NCBI GenBank assembly: GCA_046483445.1
Contig: JAWODD010000031.1
Span: forward strand, 65,397 to 129,396
DNA: 64,000 nt
Direction of reading: 5' to 3'
From: Bacillota bacterium
Lineage (GTDB): Bacteria > Bacillota > Dethiobacteria > DTU022
Part shown: piece by piece, positions 45,910 through 56,240 of the stretch
Numbering within the stretch: the stretch's first letter is position 1
Layout of the letters: the number at the start of each line of letters is the position of its first letter
Translations under genes and position numbers: made by a program
Notes under the pieces: generated by a model
The model's database searches: none
What the model was told of the DNA's origin: nothing
The model's input: the letters and a program-made list of their open reading frames with translations, nothing else

Positions 45910-47114
45910 TTTTGACGGGCAATAATTTTTGCTGTTTTTCTGCTGAGTGGGAATACAGCGGCTATGGTGAGTATACCTGAAATTAAGAAAGCGCTGCCCA
46001 ACCCCGGCCCCTGGGCTGCTGCGCCAAAAAAGAGGGCGCTCAAGGCAAAGAAGATATCGATGGTATTTTCCTGGAGGCTTATGGTGGTGGCCCGCAACTC
46101 CGGTTTGCTTACATCAATCAACCAGGCGGCAAAGACCAGGGAGCTCCCCTGGATACCGAGGCCAAGGATGATTCCGCAAATTACTGCCAGGGCCGGCCAA
46201 AAAGGGAGAAAATAGAATGCAGCCGCGCCTACTCCTACGGCAGTCAATATCGGCCATGCTACTTTTTTTCGGCCGAAACGGTCTGATAAGGCTCCTGCTC
46301 CGAGACAACCAATAATGCCGGCAATTCCATGTATTACAAAAAAGTAGGCCGCTTCAATCCCCGGAGCGGCCGTTTCAATATGAACGGCGGCAAAAGAGAC
46401 TACTCCACTGTAAGTAAAAGAGTATATAGCAATCCCGGCCATTACCGGGTAGACCTGCTTTTCGGCAAGCGCCCTGGTAATCTGACCCAGTGAAGTAATG
46501 ACCTGATCGGCCCTGGTTTTTGCCGCCGGGGTTTTAACTACCAAAAGAAATACCAGCGCGAAGGCACTGGTCAGAGCGCTCACTATGAACCAGTTGGTGT
46601 AACCATAATGATCGATAATTAACAATGCACCGGAAGGGCCGGCCAGTAAACCCAGGTTGAAAAATATCCGGGAAGCTCCCAGGTAGGTGCCTATTTTATC
46701 TTTAGGAGCCATTTCCGCAGCGAGGGTTGATACTCCGGGCAGGTAGACGGCCAGGCCGATTGACTGGTAAATTCTGGCGGTAACAAGCATTGCATAAGAG
46801 GGACTGAGGATTAAAAGCAGGGGAGTAGTGGCAAAGGCAAAGGTGCCCACAAGCATTAAAGGCCGAGGCCCTTTTTTGTCCATTAAAGGTCCGAGAAAGA
46901 AGCGCAGCAAGACCGCGGCCACTCCAAAAACTGTGTTTTGCAGGCCGGCTAAAAAAGGGCTTGCGCCAATGGCCAGGCTGTAACCGGGAAATACAGAAAT
47001 AGCGGCAAACAGGTTTACCATAAAGAAAAAAACCGATCCGAAAAAAAACACCCAGTTTAGAGGAGTGCTGTAAAATTGTTCTTGCTGCTGTAAATTACTC
47101 TTTTTTATTTGCAT
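45903..47114 (-). CDS. MFS transporter
   Basis: Twelve predicted TM helices. An MFS motif-A-like loop (GPLMDKKGPRP) is present. The protein is 403 aa. Confidence 0.8.
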   Translation of the reverse strand: MQIKKSNLQQQEQFYSTPLNWVFFFGSVFFFMVNLFAAISVFPGYSLAIGASPFLAGLQNTVFGVAAVLLRFFLGPLMDKKGPRPLMLVGTFAFATTPLLLILSPSYAMLVTARIYQSIGLAVYLPGVSTLAAEMAPKDKIGTYLGASRIFFNLGLLAGPSGALLIIDHYGYTNWFIVSALTSAFALVFLLVVKTPAAKTRADQVITSLGQITRALAEKQVYPVMAGIAIYSFTYSGVVSFAAVHIETAAPGIEAAYFFVIHGIAGIIGCLGAGALSDRFGRKKVAWPILTAVGVGAAAFYFLPFWPALAVICGIILGLGIQGSSLVFAAWLIDVSKPELRATTISLQENTIDIFFALSALFFGAAAQGPGLGSAFLISGILTIAAVFPLSRKTAKIIARQNQ

Positions 47115-47346
47115 TATTTAATCAACCTAACCCGGACAAGCCGGTGCCATAAAAGTGGTTATTTTGTTGCTCAGAATTCATCTGTTCACTCCCGGGAAAA
47201 TATGCTGTGCTTATTATAGCGATTATTTAATCTGGCAGTCAACTTTTGTAAAGATAGGCGCTCAAATGTTTGTAATTGCCTGTTTAAAATTGCTTGAAGG
47301 AATATTTTAAGGCAGTAAAGAATTTAAAAAATAAAGGAGTTGATCG

Positions 47347-48105
47347 ATGATGCAAATAGGGATTGCCGGTTATGGTAAAATGGGTAAAATGATTTATCAG
47401 CTGGCCAGGGAAAAAGGTCATGAGGTGCCATTAATTATAGACCCTCAAAGCACTGAAGAAGAAGTAACCGCCCGTAAATTAGACTCCACATCGCCTCAGC
47501 TTGATGTTATAATTGATTTTACTACTCCGGAGACGGTGCTGGATAATATAAAAGACTACGGTCAGTTTGAACTGCCGGCGGTAATCGGCACAACCGGCTG
47601 GTATGATCAGATGGAACAGGTTGCTCGAATTGTGAAAGACTGCGGAATTGGCCTGATCTGGTCGGGCAACTTTTCCCTGGGGGTTAATCTTTTTTTCCAG
47701 CTGGTAAAAGCTGCCGGAAATCTGATCAACCGTTTTCCTGAATATGATGTTATGGTCCATGAATACCATCATCGCCAAAAAGCTGACAGTCCTTCGGGAA
47801 CAGCTCAGATGATTGGCGATATCCTGGTGGATTCATTTGATTGGAAGACATTACCATTAAGTAAGGAGCCGCATAGAAAGCTCAAAGACTGTGAGTTACA
47901 GATCTCTTCCACCCGGGGCGGGTTTATTCCCGGTACGCACCAGGTTATTTTCGACAGTGAAGTGGACACGATTGCTTTAGAGCACTGCGCCAGGAACCGC
48001 ACCGGGTTTGCCAAAGGCGCGATAATGGCGGCGGAGTGGATTAAAAACAGGAAAGGTTTTTATAATATTGACGATATGATGCAGTCAATTATTAAAGGAG
48101 AGTAA
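47347..48105 (+). CDS. dapB: 4-hydroxy-tetrahydrodipicolinate reductase
   Basis: N-terminus IGIAGYGKMGK and DapB core EYHHRQKADSPSGTA are present in a 252-aa protein. Confidence 0.9.
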   Translation: MMQIGIAGYGKMGKMIYQLAREKGHEVPLIIDPQSTEEEVTARKLDSTSPQLDVIIDFTTPETVLDNIKDYGQFELPAVIGTTGWYDQMEQVARIVKDCGIGLIWSGNFSLGVNLFFQLVKAAGNLINRFPEYDVMVHEYHHRQKADSPSGTAQMIGDILVDSFDWKTLPLSKEPHRKLKDCELQISSTRGGFIPGTHQVIFDSEVDTIALEHCARNRTGFAKGAIMAAEWIKNRKGFYNIDDMMQSIIKGE

Positions 48106-48141
48106 ATAAGGATAGAGTCATTTATTTAAGGAGTGAGAGTA

Positions 48142-49050
48142 ATGGAGCATATTTTTAAAGGGGTTCACACCGCCCTGATTACCCCGTTTACCTCCACCGG
48201 GGCCGTAGATATCGGCGCATTTAAGCGTTTGGTGGAGTTTCAGATTGCCTCCGGTATAGACGGCCTGGTGCCCTGCGGGACTACCGGCGAAAGTTCAACC
48301 CTTTCACACGACGAACATGACCGGGTTATCGCCTTAACCGTGCAGTATGCAGACGGGCGGGTGCCGGTTATTGCCGGGACGGGAAGCAATGCCACGCACG
48401 AAGCAGTTCAGTTATCCCAGCATGCCGAAGAGTCCGGGGTTGATGCGGTTTTGCTGGTTAATCCCTATTATGTAAAGCCTACCCAGAAAGGGCTTTACCA
48501 CCACTTCAAGGCCGTTGCCGAGTCGGTTTCAATCCCCTGTATTCCCTATAACATAAAAAGCCGCAGCGGGGTGAACCTGGAAAATGAAACCCTGCACCGG
48601 TTGATGAGTGAACATGATAACATTGTTGGGGTTAAGGAAGCGTCAGGCGATTTAAATCAGATGAAAAATTTAATCAAGCTGCGCCATGAGCAGTTTTATC
48701 TCCTCTGCGGAGACGACAATATGACGGTGGATTTAATTGAAGCCGGGGGTAACGGAGTCGTCTCGGTGGGGGCAAACCTGATTCCCGGGCAAATGAAAGA
48801 AATGGTCCACTTTGCCCTGGAAGGGAACCTGGAAAAGGCCAGGGAGATAGAAGAAAAACTAATGCCATTTTTTAAGGCCTGTTTTGTGGAGACCAACCCG
48901 ATTCCGATTAAAACTGCCTTGGCCATGAAAGGCTGGTGCCAGGAAGTTTTTCGCCTGCCAATGTGTTCTGTTTCCAGTGAAGAAAACTACAATGTAATCA
49001 AGGATGCGGTTTCTGCTTTAGATGTTCCCGATGCAGACAGTTATCTTTAA
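48142..49050 (+). CDS. dapA: 4-hydroxy-tetrahydrodipicolinate synthase
   Basis: GVHTALITPF, GTTGES and active-site Lys context (GVKEASGD) are present. I moved the start to the ATG at 48142, which has an AAGGAG RBS; the ORF track gives 48133. Confidence 0.9.
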   Translation: MEHIFKGVHTALITPFTSTGAVDIGAFKRLVEFQIASGIDGLVPCGTTGESSTLSHDEHDRVIALTVQYADGRVPVIAGTGSNATHEAVQLSQHAEESGVDAVLLVNPYYVKPTQKGLYHHFKAVAESVSIPCIPYNIKSRSGVNLENETLHRLMSEHDNIVGVKEASGDLNQMKNLIKLRHEQFYLLCGDDNMTVDLIEAGGNGVVSVGANLIPGQMKEMVHFALEGNLEKAREIEEKLMPFFKACFVETNPIPIKTALAMKGWCQEVFRLPMCSVSSEENYNVIKDAVSALDVPDADSYL

Positions 49051-49096
49051 AGATGAAAGTTAGTAATCCTATTATTTAACGATAGCAGGTGAAATT

Positions 49097-50326
49097 ATGG
49101 CCAAGATCAACTCGAATTATCACAAATTAAGCGCCGGTTACTTGTTTCCTGAAATCGGCAGGCGGGTTAAACAATACCGGGAGCAAAATCCGCAAGCTGC
49201 AGTCCACCGGCTCGGGATCGGCAATACCACCGAACCGCTTACGCCCACGGTGGTTGATGGCTTACTTGACGGGGCCGGCCGCCTTGGCTCCGCTGATACA
49301 TATACCGGATACGGTGATGAACAGGGAGAAGAAGAGCTGCGTGAGGCTTTAGTTAAATTTTATAAAGACCGAGGGGTATCCCTTGAAGCAAACGAAGTTT
49401 TCGTCAGTGACGGAGCCAAGCCTGATGCCGGCAATATCCAGTCTATTTTCAGCACAGACAACCGGGTTGCTTTTCAAGACCCGGCTTACCCGGTTTATGT
49501 TGATACCAATGTAATCGCCGGCCGCTCGGGTGAGTTTAACTCAGATGCCGGCAATTATTTCGGCTTTGTCTATATGCCCTGCAGCCTGGAGAACAATTTT
49601 ATCCCCGATCCCCCGGATGAACATGTCGATCTTATCTATTTATGCAGTCCCAATAATCCCACCGGAGCAGTAGCCAGGCACAGTGAACTGCAGAAATTTG
49701 TCGATTATGCCAGGAAAAACCGGGCTGTAATTATTTTTGACGCCGCTTATGCGGAATACATTTCCGATCCTTTACTGCCCCGCTCGATTTACGAAATTGA
49801 CGGGGCTAAAGAATGCGCTATTGAAATAAACAGTTTTTCCAAATTTGCCGGCTTTACCGGGGTGCGCCTGGGCTGGTCGGTTGTGCCTCGGGACTTGCTT
49901 GCAGAAGATAGTGAACCCGGTGAAGTAAACCGGCTCTGGTTTAGGCGGCAGACTACTTTCTTTAACGGGGCCTCCAATATTTCTCAGCGTGGCGGCCTTG
50001 CTGTGTTATCTGCAGAGGGCCTACAAGAGTGCCGCTTATTAATTGATTTTTACATGGAGAATGCTCGCATAATTAGGGAAGGGCTGCAGTCCCTTGGTCT
50101 TAAAATTTACGGCGGGGTAAATGCTCCTTACCTGTGGCTGAAAACCCCTAACGGGCTTTCTTCCTGGGATTTCTTTGACAAGTTGCTTAATGAAACCGGG
50201 GTAGTTGGCACCCCCGGTTCCGGTTTTGGCCCCTCCGGGGAGGGTTATTTTCGCTTAAGCGCTTTTGGTCACCGCGGCAATATCGAGGCAGCAGTGCAAA
50301 GCATTAAGAAAAATTTACAGTTATAG
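49097..50326 (+). CDS. dapL: LL-diaminopimelate aminotransferase
   Basis: Class I/II aminotransferase with a DapL-like N-terminus ([18 protein letters not shown]). A PLP lysine is present ([15 protein letters not shown]). The protein is 409 aa and lies between dapA and lysA. Confidence 0.8.
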   Translation: MAKINSNYHKLSAGYLFPEIGRRVKQYREQNPQAAVHRLGIGNTTEPLTPTVVDGLLDGAGRLGSADTYTGYGDEQGEEELREALVKFYKDRGVSLEANEVFVSDGAKPDAGNIQSIFSTDNRVAFQDPAYPVYVDTNVIAGRSGEFNSDAGNYFGFVYMPCSLENNFIPDPPDEHVDLIYLCSPNNPTGAVARHSELQKFVDYARKNRAVIIFDAAYAEYISDPLLPRSIYEIDGAKECAIEINSFSKFAGFTGVRLGWSVVPRDLLAEDSEPGEVNRLWFRRQTTFFNGASNISQRGGLAVLSAEGLQECRLLIDFYMENARIIREGLQSLGLKIYGGVNAPYLWLKTPNGLSSWDFFDKLLNETGVVGTPGSGFGPSGEGYFRLSAFGHRGNIEAAVQSIKKNLQL

Positions 50327-50485
50327 GTTGCTGTGGACTGTTTTTTCGGTGAAGGTGGTTATATTTTTTAGCCGGTGTTTTTGGTAAAATCATTAAAGAA
50401 ATTAAAGTTATTGGTTATTCGGAGGAAACCGGATTAGCCCGTTACCTGTGAGATTAACCAGGGATAACTTGCTACGGAGGTTGGC

Positions 50486-51754
50486 ATGAACAAGAAATCC
50501 TTTCCCCTTTCTAAAAATGAATTGGTGCAAATAATTGAACAATATCCCACTCCTTTTCATCTTTATGACGAAAAGGCTATTAGGGAAAGCGCCAGAAATT
50601 TTTACCGCGCTTTTTCCTGGGTGGCTGGCTTTACGAATCATTTTGCCGTTAAGGCCTGTCCCAATCCCGTTATCCTCAGAATTTTACATGAAGAAGGAAT
50701 GGGGGTTGACTGCAGCTCTCTACCGGAGCTACTGCTTTCTGAAAAGGCAGGCTTCAGCAATGAAGAGATTATGTTTACTTCCAATGACACTCCTCCGGAA
50801 GAGTTCAAGGAGGCTTCCCGCCTGGGTGCGGTAATCAATTTAGACGATATCACTCATCTTGAAACCCTGAAGCGAAGTACCGGGATACCGGATCTGCTTT
50901 CTTTTCGCTACAACCCGGGAGATTTAAGAAGCGGCAATGTTTTAATCGGCGATCCCCGGGAAGCCAAGTACGGGGTGCCCCGTGATCAGATTATTGAAGC
51001 ATATAAGTTGGCCCGCGATAAGGGAGTGAAAAGGTTCGCCCTCCACACCATGGTTGCTTCCAACGAATTAGAAGACAGTTATTTTGTGGAAACAGCCCGG
51101 ATGCTTTTTGAACTTGCCGTAAAAATAAACCGGGAGACAGGGATAAAGATGGAGATGGTCAACATGGGTGGCGGGATCGGCATTCCCTATCATCCGGAAG
51201 AGCGGGCTGTAGACTTAAATTATGTTTCTGGTGAGATCAAAAAGCTTTATGAGAAGTTTATTGTCGGTGAAGGACTTGATCCGGTAAAAATAGTATTTGA
51301 GTGCGGCCGCATGGTTACCGGTCCCCATGGGTACCTGGTAAGCAGGGTGCGTCATCTGACCGGGAAGTATAAAGATTACGCGGGACTTGATGCCTGTATG
51401 GCCCATTTAATGCGCCCGGCCATATATGGGGCTTACCATCATATTACCATCCCTGGAAAAGAAAATATGCCTGCTGATCGGGTTTACGATGTAACCGGGT
51501 CACTTTGTGAGAATAACGACAAATTTGCCATAGACCGGAATTTGCCCGCGCTGGAACCCGGTGACCCGGTGGTGATCCACGATACCGGGGCCCACGGTTA
51601 TGCCATGGGTTTTAATTATAATGGAAAATTGCGTTCTGCCGAGCTATTGCTTAAAGAAGACGGTTCTATTCAGTTAATCCGGCGGGCGGAGACAATCGAT
51701 GACTATTTTTCGACCCTCCGGTTTCCGGGTGCACCGCTTATTGTCCAACATTAA
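50486..51754 (+). CDS. lysA: Diaminopimelate decarboxylase
   Basis: Fold-III PLP decarboxylase motifs are present (YPTPFHLYDE, AVKACPNP, GGGIGIPY). The protein is 422 aa. Confidence 0.85.
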   Translation: MNKKSFPLSKNELVQIIEQYPTPFHLYDEKAIRESARNFYRAFSWVAGFTNHFAVKACPNPVILRILHEEGMGVDCSSLPELLLSEKAGFSNEEIMFTSNDTPPEEFKEASRLGAVINLDDITHLETLKRSTGIPDLLSFRYNPGDLRSGNVLIGDPREAKYGVPRDQIIEAYKLARDKGVKRFALHTMVASNELEDSYFVETARMLFELAVKINRETGIKMEMVNMGGGIGIPYHPEERAVDLNYVSGEIKKLYEKFIVGEGLDPVKIVFECGRMVTGPHGYLVSRVRHLTGKYKDYAGLDACMAHLMRPAIYGAYHHITIPGKENMPADRVYDVTGSLCENNDKFAIDRNLPALEPGDPVVIHDTGAHGYAMGFNYNGKLRSAELLLKEDGSIQLIRRAETIDDYFSTLRFPGAPLIVQH

Positions 51755-51823
51755 TGGTAATTGTTGGCCCAAAGTGAAAATTATTTTTAACTGACAGTTT
51801 AATATAATTTTGTTTGAGGGAGG

Positions 51824-52606
51824 ATGATTATAATGATTAGGAGTGATCTTAGGGCCTACATTAATATCGGGACCCTGGTAGTAGTGTTGATAATCAACTT
51901 TTTATCCAATGCTTTGCCTTTGAATAATATGACCCAGCAGGAGCTGTCTGCCGAGTATCCGGTATTAATTACCCCGGCACCTTATGCTTTTTCGATCTGG
52001 GGTTTGATTTATCTTGCTTTAATTGCCTTTATTGTTTACCAGGCCCTGCCTGGCTACCGGGAGAATCCGGCGGTAAAAGCGGTAGGGATTTTGTTTGCTG
52101 TTAGTTCGCTTTTTAACGTGCTTTGGCTTTTCTCCTGGCATTACCAGTATGCTGGGTGGTCACTTATTATCATGCTTTTACTTCTTGCCACCCTGGTGAT
52201 TATTTACTTGCGCCTGGGAGCGGTGACTACAGAGAAAAGTGTTTATGATCGGTTTCTGGTTAAGTTTCCCTTCAGCCTGTACCTGGGCTGGATAACCGCT
52301 GCTACCATTGTCAATTTTAATTCCTGGCTTTACAGCATCGGCTGGCTGGGGACCGGTGCAGGCGGCGTGTTTTTCACCATATTGATGCTTGTTATTGCCG
52401 TTTTGCTTGCTCTTGCCGTTTTTTACCTGCGCCAGGACTACGTCTATGCCGCTGTGATCATCTGGGCCCTGGTTGGTATAGGGGTGCGTCATGGAGCCGA
52501 GCTTCCATTTCTCACTGCTGCAGCCTGGATAGCTGCGGCAGCTGTTCTCTTCTTTCTTGGCTGGATTGCCGCCAAAAGAAGCGGTTTTATAGCCGGGCAA
52601 AGCTAA
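51824..52606 (+). CDS. TspO/MBR-like tryptophan-rich membrane protein (tentative)
   Basis: Five or more TM helices are rich in Trp/Tyr. FPFSLYLGWITAATIVNFNSWL resembles the TspO C-terminal signature. At 260 aa it is longer than canonical TspO. Confidence 0.35.
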   Translation: MIIMIRSDLRAYINIGTLVVVLIINFLSNALPLNNMTQQELSAEYPVLITPAPYAFSIWGLIYLALIAFIVYQALPGYRENPAVKAVGILFAVSSLFNVLWLFSWHYQYAGWSLIIMLLLLATLVIIYLRLGAVTTEKSVYDRFLVKFPFSLYLGWITAATIVNFNSWLYSIGWLGTGAGGVFFTILMLVIAVLLALAVFYLRQDYVYAAVIIWALVGIGVRHGAELPFLTAAAWIAAAAVLFFLGWIAAKRSGFIAGQS

Positions 52607-52996
52607 AACACCAATTATAAATTAGCAAATTGCTATAACGAAAGCTTAATGATGGCGGGAGCGTGTTCTTAACGTTCCCGCTTGTAATTGTCCACCACTT
52701 TGCAGGTTTGGCTTAAGTCTGCAGCAATTGTTTATTGATTGGCATGAAGGATTACTGCCATGGTTTATCCGGCCAGGGAGCAAGCAGGTAAGCATTTACA
52801 CCGGCAGTGTCAGCAATTTTATTTAATATATTCGCAATTAAATTTATAATACCTGCTATAAAAAGGAAATCTGTAGGAAAGCCAAGCATTGGCCTTGAAA
52901 ATTATAATAGTTGCAAATGCAAAAACAGGAAATGAATTAATGAATTAATTAACAAAGTGTTGCAATCACCAAAACTTTTTGTAAAAGAAACATGAA

Positions 52997-53040
52997 AGCT
53001 GCCGCCGGATCAATCAATCATCCGGCGGCAGCTTTTTATA
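52997..53040. terminator. Bidirectional rho-independent terminator downstream of the BCCT gene
   Basis: 14-bp stem AGCTGCCGCCGGAT / ATCCGGCGGCAGCT with loop CAATCAATC is flanked by T-runs on both strands. Confidence 0.7.
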
Positions 53041-53063
53041 CAGTTAGAATTGACAAGCGGGCT

Positions 53064-54692
53064 CTATTTTCCCTTTTCAGATTTTAGTTCCTCTAAAGCA
53101 TAATAGATGCGTTGTTTCTCCAGGGGCAGGGAACCTGCTTCTCTTTCTTCCACCAATGATTTTATTAAGCAGTAAAGCATCAGGAGCAAGATAATCATAA
53201 AGGGAAAGCCACCCACAACTGAGGCAGTTTGCAGTGCTCCTAAACCTCCAGCAAAAAGAAGAATTGCGGCCACCGCACCTTCAATAACTCCCCAGGTAAT
53301 TCGCAGCTGGTAAGGCGGATTGATATTCCCCCCGGAGGTAAGCATCCCGTTAACATAGGTGCCGGAGTCAGAAGAGGTGATGAAGAACGCTGCAACCGAA
53401 AAGACTCCCAGCACAATTAGCAGGGTCGAGGCGGGAAACTGCGAAAACAGCATAAAGAAGCCCTGGGCTTCATCGGCGGCAACAGGGTCACTCAATCCAC
53501 CGGGGCCAAAGTGCTCATGGTAAAGAGCAGCGCCCCCAAAGACGGAAAGCCATACTATGCTAACAACAACCGGGGCCAGGAGCACGCCGATAACAAAACT
53601 ACGGATAGTCCTGCCACGAGAAATACGAGCAATAAATGTTCCCACAAAAGGTGCCCAGGCAATCCACCAGGCCCAGTAGAAAACGGTCCAGGCTTCAGTC
53701 CATCCTTCAGTCCCGTCTCCCGCTGGATCAAGCGCAAAAGACATGGAAACAATATTTTGCAAGTAATTCCCGACAGAGTGGGTAAAGACATCGAGGATAA
53801 ACAGCGTGGGTCCAAGGATAAAAACCAGTAGCATTAATGTAAATGCAATAAAAAAATTGAACAGGCTTAACCATTTAATACCGCGGTCAATACCGGTGTA
53901 AGTGGAAATAACCGCGGCAATGGTTATCACTGAAATTATAACCACCCAGGAGACAGAGTTGCTGGGAATACCAAAGAGCATATCCAGTCCTGATGCAATC
54001 TGCATCGCTCCAAGACCAAGGGAAGTAGCCAGTCCAAAAATTGTGGCAAAAACACCGATTATATTGATCAAATTGCCCAGGGGGCCTTCAATCCCCTTAC
54101 GCCCCAATATTGGTTCCAGACAGGAACTAAGTAGCATGGGCAGGCCTTTACGATAAGAGAAGTAAGCAAGGCTGCCTGCAGTTATTGCATATACTGCCCA
54201 GGGATGCAGACCCCAGTGAAAGAAGGTATAACGCATTGACAAATGCAGCGCTTCAACTGTATTGGCTTCGCCGTAAGCAGGCCACATATAATGCCAGATT
54301 GGCTCTGAAACACCCCAAAAAACAAGCCCAATGCCCATTCCGCTGAAAAAAAGCATAGCAAACCAGGTAGAAAATTTATATTCCGGTTCTTCATCATCCT
54401 TACCCAGCTTAATCTGGCCCAGCGGGCTTAGAAGCAGGTAAATAGCCATAAATAAAAAGATGCTCACACCCAGGATAAAAGACCAGCCCCATTGGGAAGT
54501 CATGTAATCAAATACAGAACTGGTGACATCGGCAAATACTTCAGTAAATCCGGCACCAATCACCAAAAAGATAATCATTATAATTAAGGAAATAACAAAT
54601 GTTGGCCTGGAATAAGTACTGCCTTTATGGTTTTGCATATTATTATCCAATGAATTGACCTCCTTGTTCACAAATTTAGCGTTTCTAATCAT
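53064..54692 (-). CDS. BCCT-family betaine/carnitine/choline transporter
   Basis: BCCT signature WTVFYWAWWIAWAPFVGTFIARISRGRTIR is present with twelve TM helices. The protein is 542 aa, though the true start may be the internal Met (MQNHKGS). Confidence 0.9.
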   Translation of the reverse strand: MIRNAKFVNKEVNSLDNNMQNHKGSTYSRPTFVISLIIMIIFLVIGAGFTEVFADVTSSVFDYMTSQWGWSFILGVSIFLFMAIYLLLSPLGQIKLGKDDEEPEYKFSTWFAMLFFSGMGIGLVFWGVSEPIWHYMWPAYGEANTVEALHLSMRYTFFHWGLHPWAVYAITAGSLAYFSYRKGLPMLLSSCLEPILGRKGIEGPLGNLINIIGVFATIFGLATSLGLGAMQIASGLDMLFGIPSNSVSWVVIISVITIAAVISTYTGIDRGIKWLSLFNFFIAFTLMLLVFILGPTLFILDVFTHSVGNYLQNIVSMSFALDPAGDGTEGWTEAWTVFYWAWWIAWAPFVGTFIARISRGRTIRSFVIGVLLAPVVVSIVWLSVFGGAALYHEHFGPGGLSDPVAADEAQGFFMLFSQFPASTLLIVLGVFSVAAFFITSSDSGTYVNGMLTSGGNINPPYQLRITWGVIEGAVAAILLFAGGLGALQTASVVGGFPFMIILLLMLYCLIKSLVEEREAGSLPLEKQRIYYALEELKSEKGK

Positions 54693-55620
54693 CTTTACTC
54701 CTACACTTGGGTAACCTAAACATTTACTTAAAATCTGTCATTCTTATATGTTTTTACTATTGTTTTTCAATTATTTTTCTAACCCCCTTTCATAAGCAAG
54801 AGCCCATATCATAAATCAAAAAATTATATTAATCACATTTATAAATATATAATTCAATTACAATATTAGCAACTTAAGTAACAGTAGGCTTTTTAAACGG
54901 TGCACAGGTAGTTACCTGCCGCTTCCTTCATATGGTTTTGCCTTAAGCATGGCTAAAAAAAAAGGCATTTTTCCGGCGTATGGTAATTCCTTTCCAAATT
55001 AATCCTGCATTTTGCGCGGGTAAGTGCTAGGCTGGAAGATTAAAATTGAAAAACTTTATTGAAGGAGGTTCGCCCAAATATTTCAGATGCAGGTGAATCC
55101 AAGGACCCGGCAAATATGCAGTTATTTTGTATATATTACTGTTTGCAAGTAATGCAAACGGCCATATTTTAATTTTTTCGTTATCTTTCTTCAAAATCCT
55201 TCTTTAATAAGAAGATCAAGGCCAAATTTTTCCGTAAAAGGTTTGTCATGGTTTAGGCGGCGCTACCATCCTGTTTTTGATCATCACTGGCAATTATATT
55301 CTATTCGGTAATCAAGCCTAAAGCTTTATGCAGTTCACAATTACCCTTCATTATTAGTATGCTTCTCATAAGGTCTGGGCCCCTATCTGCCCCTTCCCGA
55401 GGCGGTAATTTATATAACTATTACCAACTTTGACATCCAAGCCTTGTTAGCTTTTTAAAGACATGAAAGGATATTACCATTCAAAATCATCAAGCCACGT
55501 AAAGACACATCCAAATAGCCATCTTCTAATAATTGTGTTACTGCCCGGAATGCGCACCCAGTTTTCTACTCTTTATTAATTTCTGGAGCTGGACCGTTGT
55601 CGTACCAGAGCATAAATTAA

Positions 55621-55655
55621 GGGTTTTCAGGAAGTTGTTGTTCCCCGAAAACCCT
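55621..55655 (-). terminator. Terminator hairpin downstream of tRNA-Pro
   Basis: GGGTTTTC...GAAAACCC 8-bp stem lies immediately 3' of the tRNA on the minus strand, followed by a moderately U-rich tract. Confidence 0.45.
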
Positions 55656-55665
55656 TTGTTTATAG

Positions 55666-55742
55666 TGGTCGGAGCGGCGGGATTTGAACCCACGACCTCT
55701 TGGTCCCGAACCAAGCGCGCTACCAAACTGCGCTACGCCCCG
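55666..55742 (-). tRNA. tRNA-Pro (anticodon CGG)
   Basis: Reverse complement folds as a cloverleaf: acceptor CGGGGCG/CGCTCCG with C1-G72 (typical of tRNA-Pro), D-arm GCGC/GCGC, anticodon stem CTTGG/CCAAG, loop TTCGGGA (anticodon CGG), T-arm GTGGG-TTCAAAT-CCCGC, discriminator A, encoded CCA. A TATAAT -10 lies upstream at 55763-55768 on the minus strand. Confidence 0.9.
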
Positions 55743-56240
55743 CTATCGCTAATTTTGACATGATTATAGCATAGAGCATTTTAAAGAACAATAGGTTTGG
55801 AAATGGATGCTATTGAAGCGGTTATTTTGGTCAGGCTGGCCATGAAGGAAAAACCAGAAACTTCTTTTCGCGGTTTTGTCTTAAGTGAACTGGAATACCA
55901 GGACAGTATTTTCGAGTGCGACGGCTGCCTCAATATATGCGAAATTATCAACCTTTTACTGGATGGAGCATTGCTGGGTTATTTTTTTAGGTTTTCAAGG
56001 GAGAGTAATGCAGGATATTTTGCATTTATTGCAGAATGTAAGAGCAGGGTTCACTGTCAAAAAAATATTGTTTAGTTTATGATTTTTCAAATATTGCCTT
56101 TGTAGTACTTATAAGGTAAAATAATATGGAAACAGAATTATTGGGAAAGACCTGTAAAGGTGGTGGTAAATGTAAAAACGAGGGAAGTAGAGAGAACCAC
56201 CGGTAAAAAAGATTAAAAAAACTAAGGGGGTATTGTAGTA

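Noticed and set aside
47115-47346. Possible lysine riboswitch (L-box) upstream of dapB-dapA-dapL-lysA
   Set aside because: The region is only about 230 nt and is shared with the divergent MFS promoter. I found TAGGCGCTCAAAT but not the other conserved L-box segments, and an L-box of about 180 nt would not fit. It needs an Infernal scan to settle.
55533-55763. 76-aa ORF (and antisense 62-aa ORF at 55538-55726) overlapping tRNA-Pro
   Set aside because: It lies entirely over a well-folded tRNA gene and its terminator and has no RBS, so it is a spurious reading frame.
55797-56075. 92-aa ORF upstream of the peptide substrate-binding protein gene
   Set aside because: It has a weak RBS and no recognisable domain, and it lies in the promoter region of the ABC operon. 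It could be real but is unsupported.
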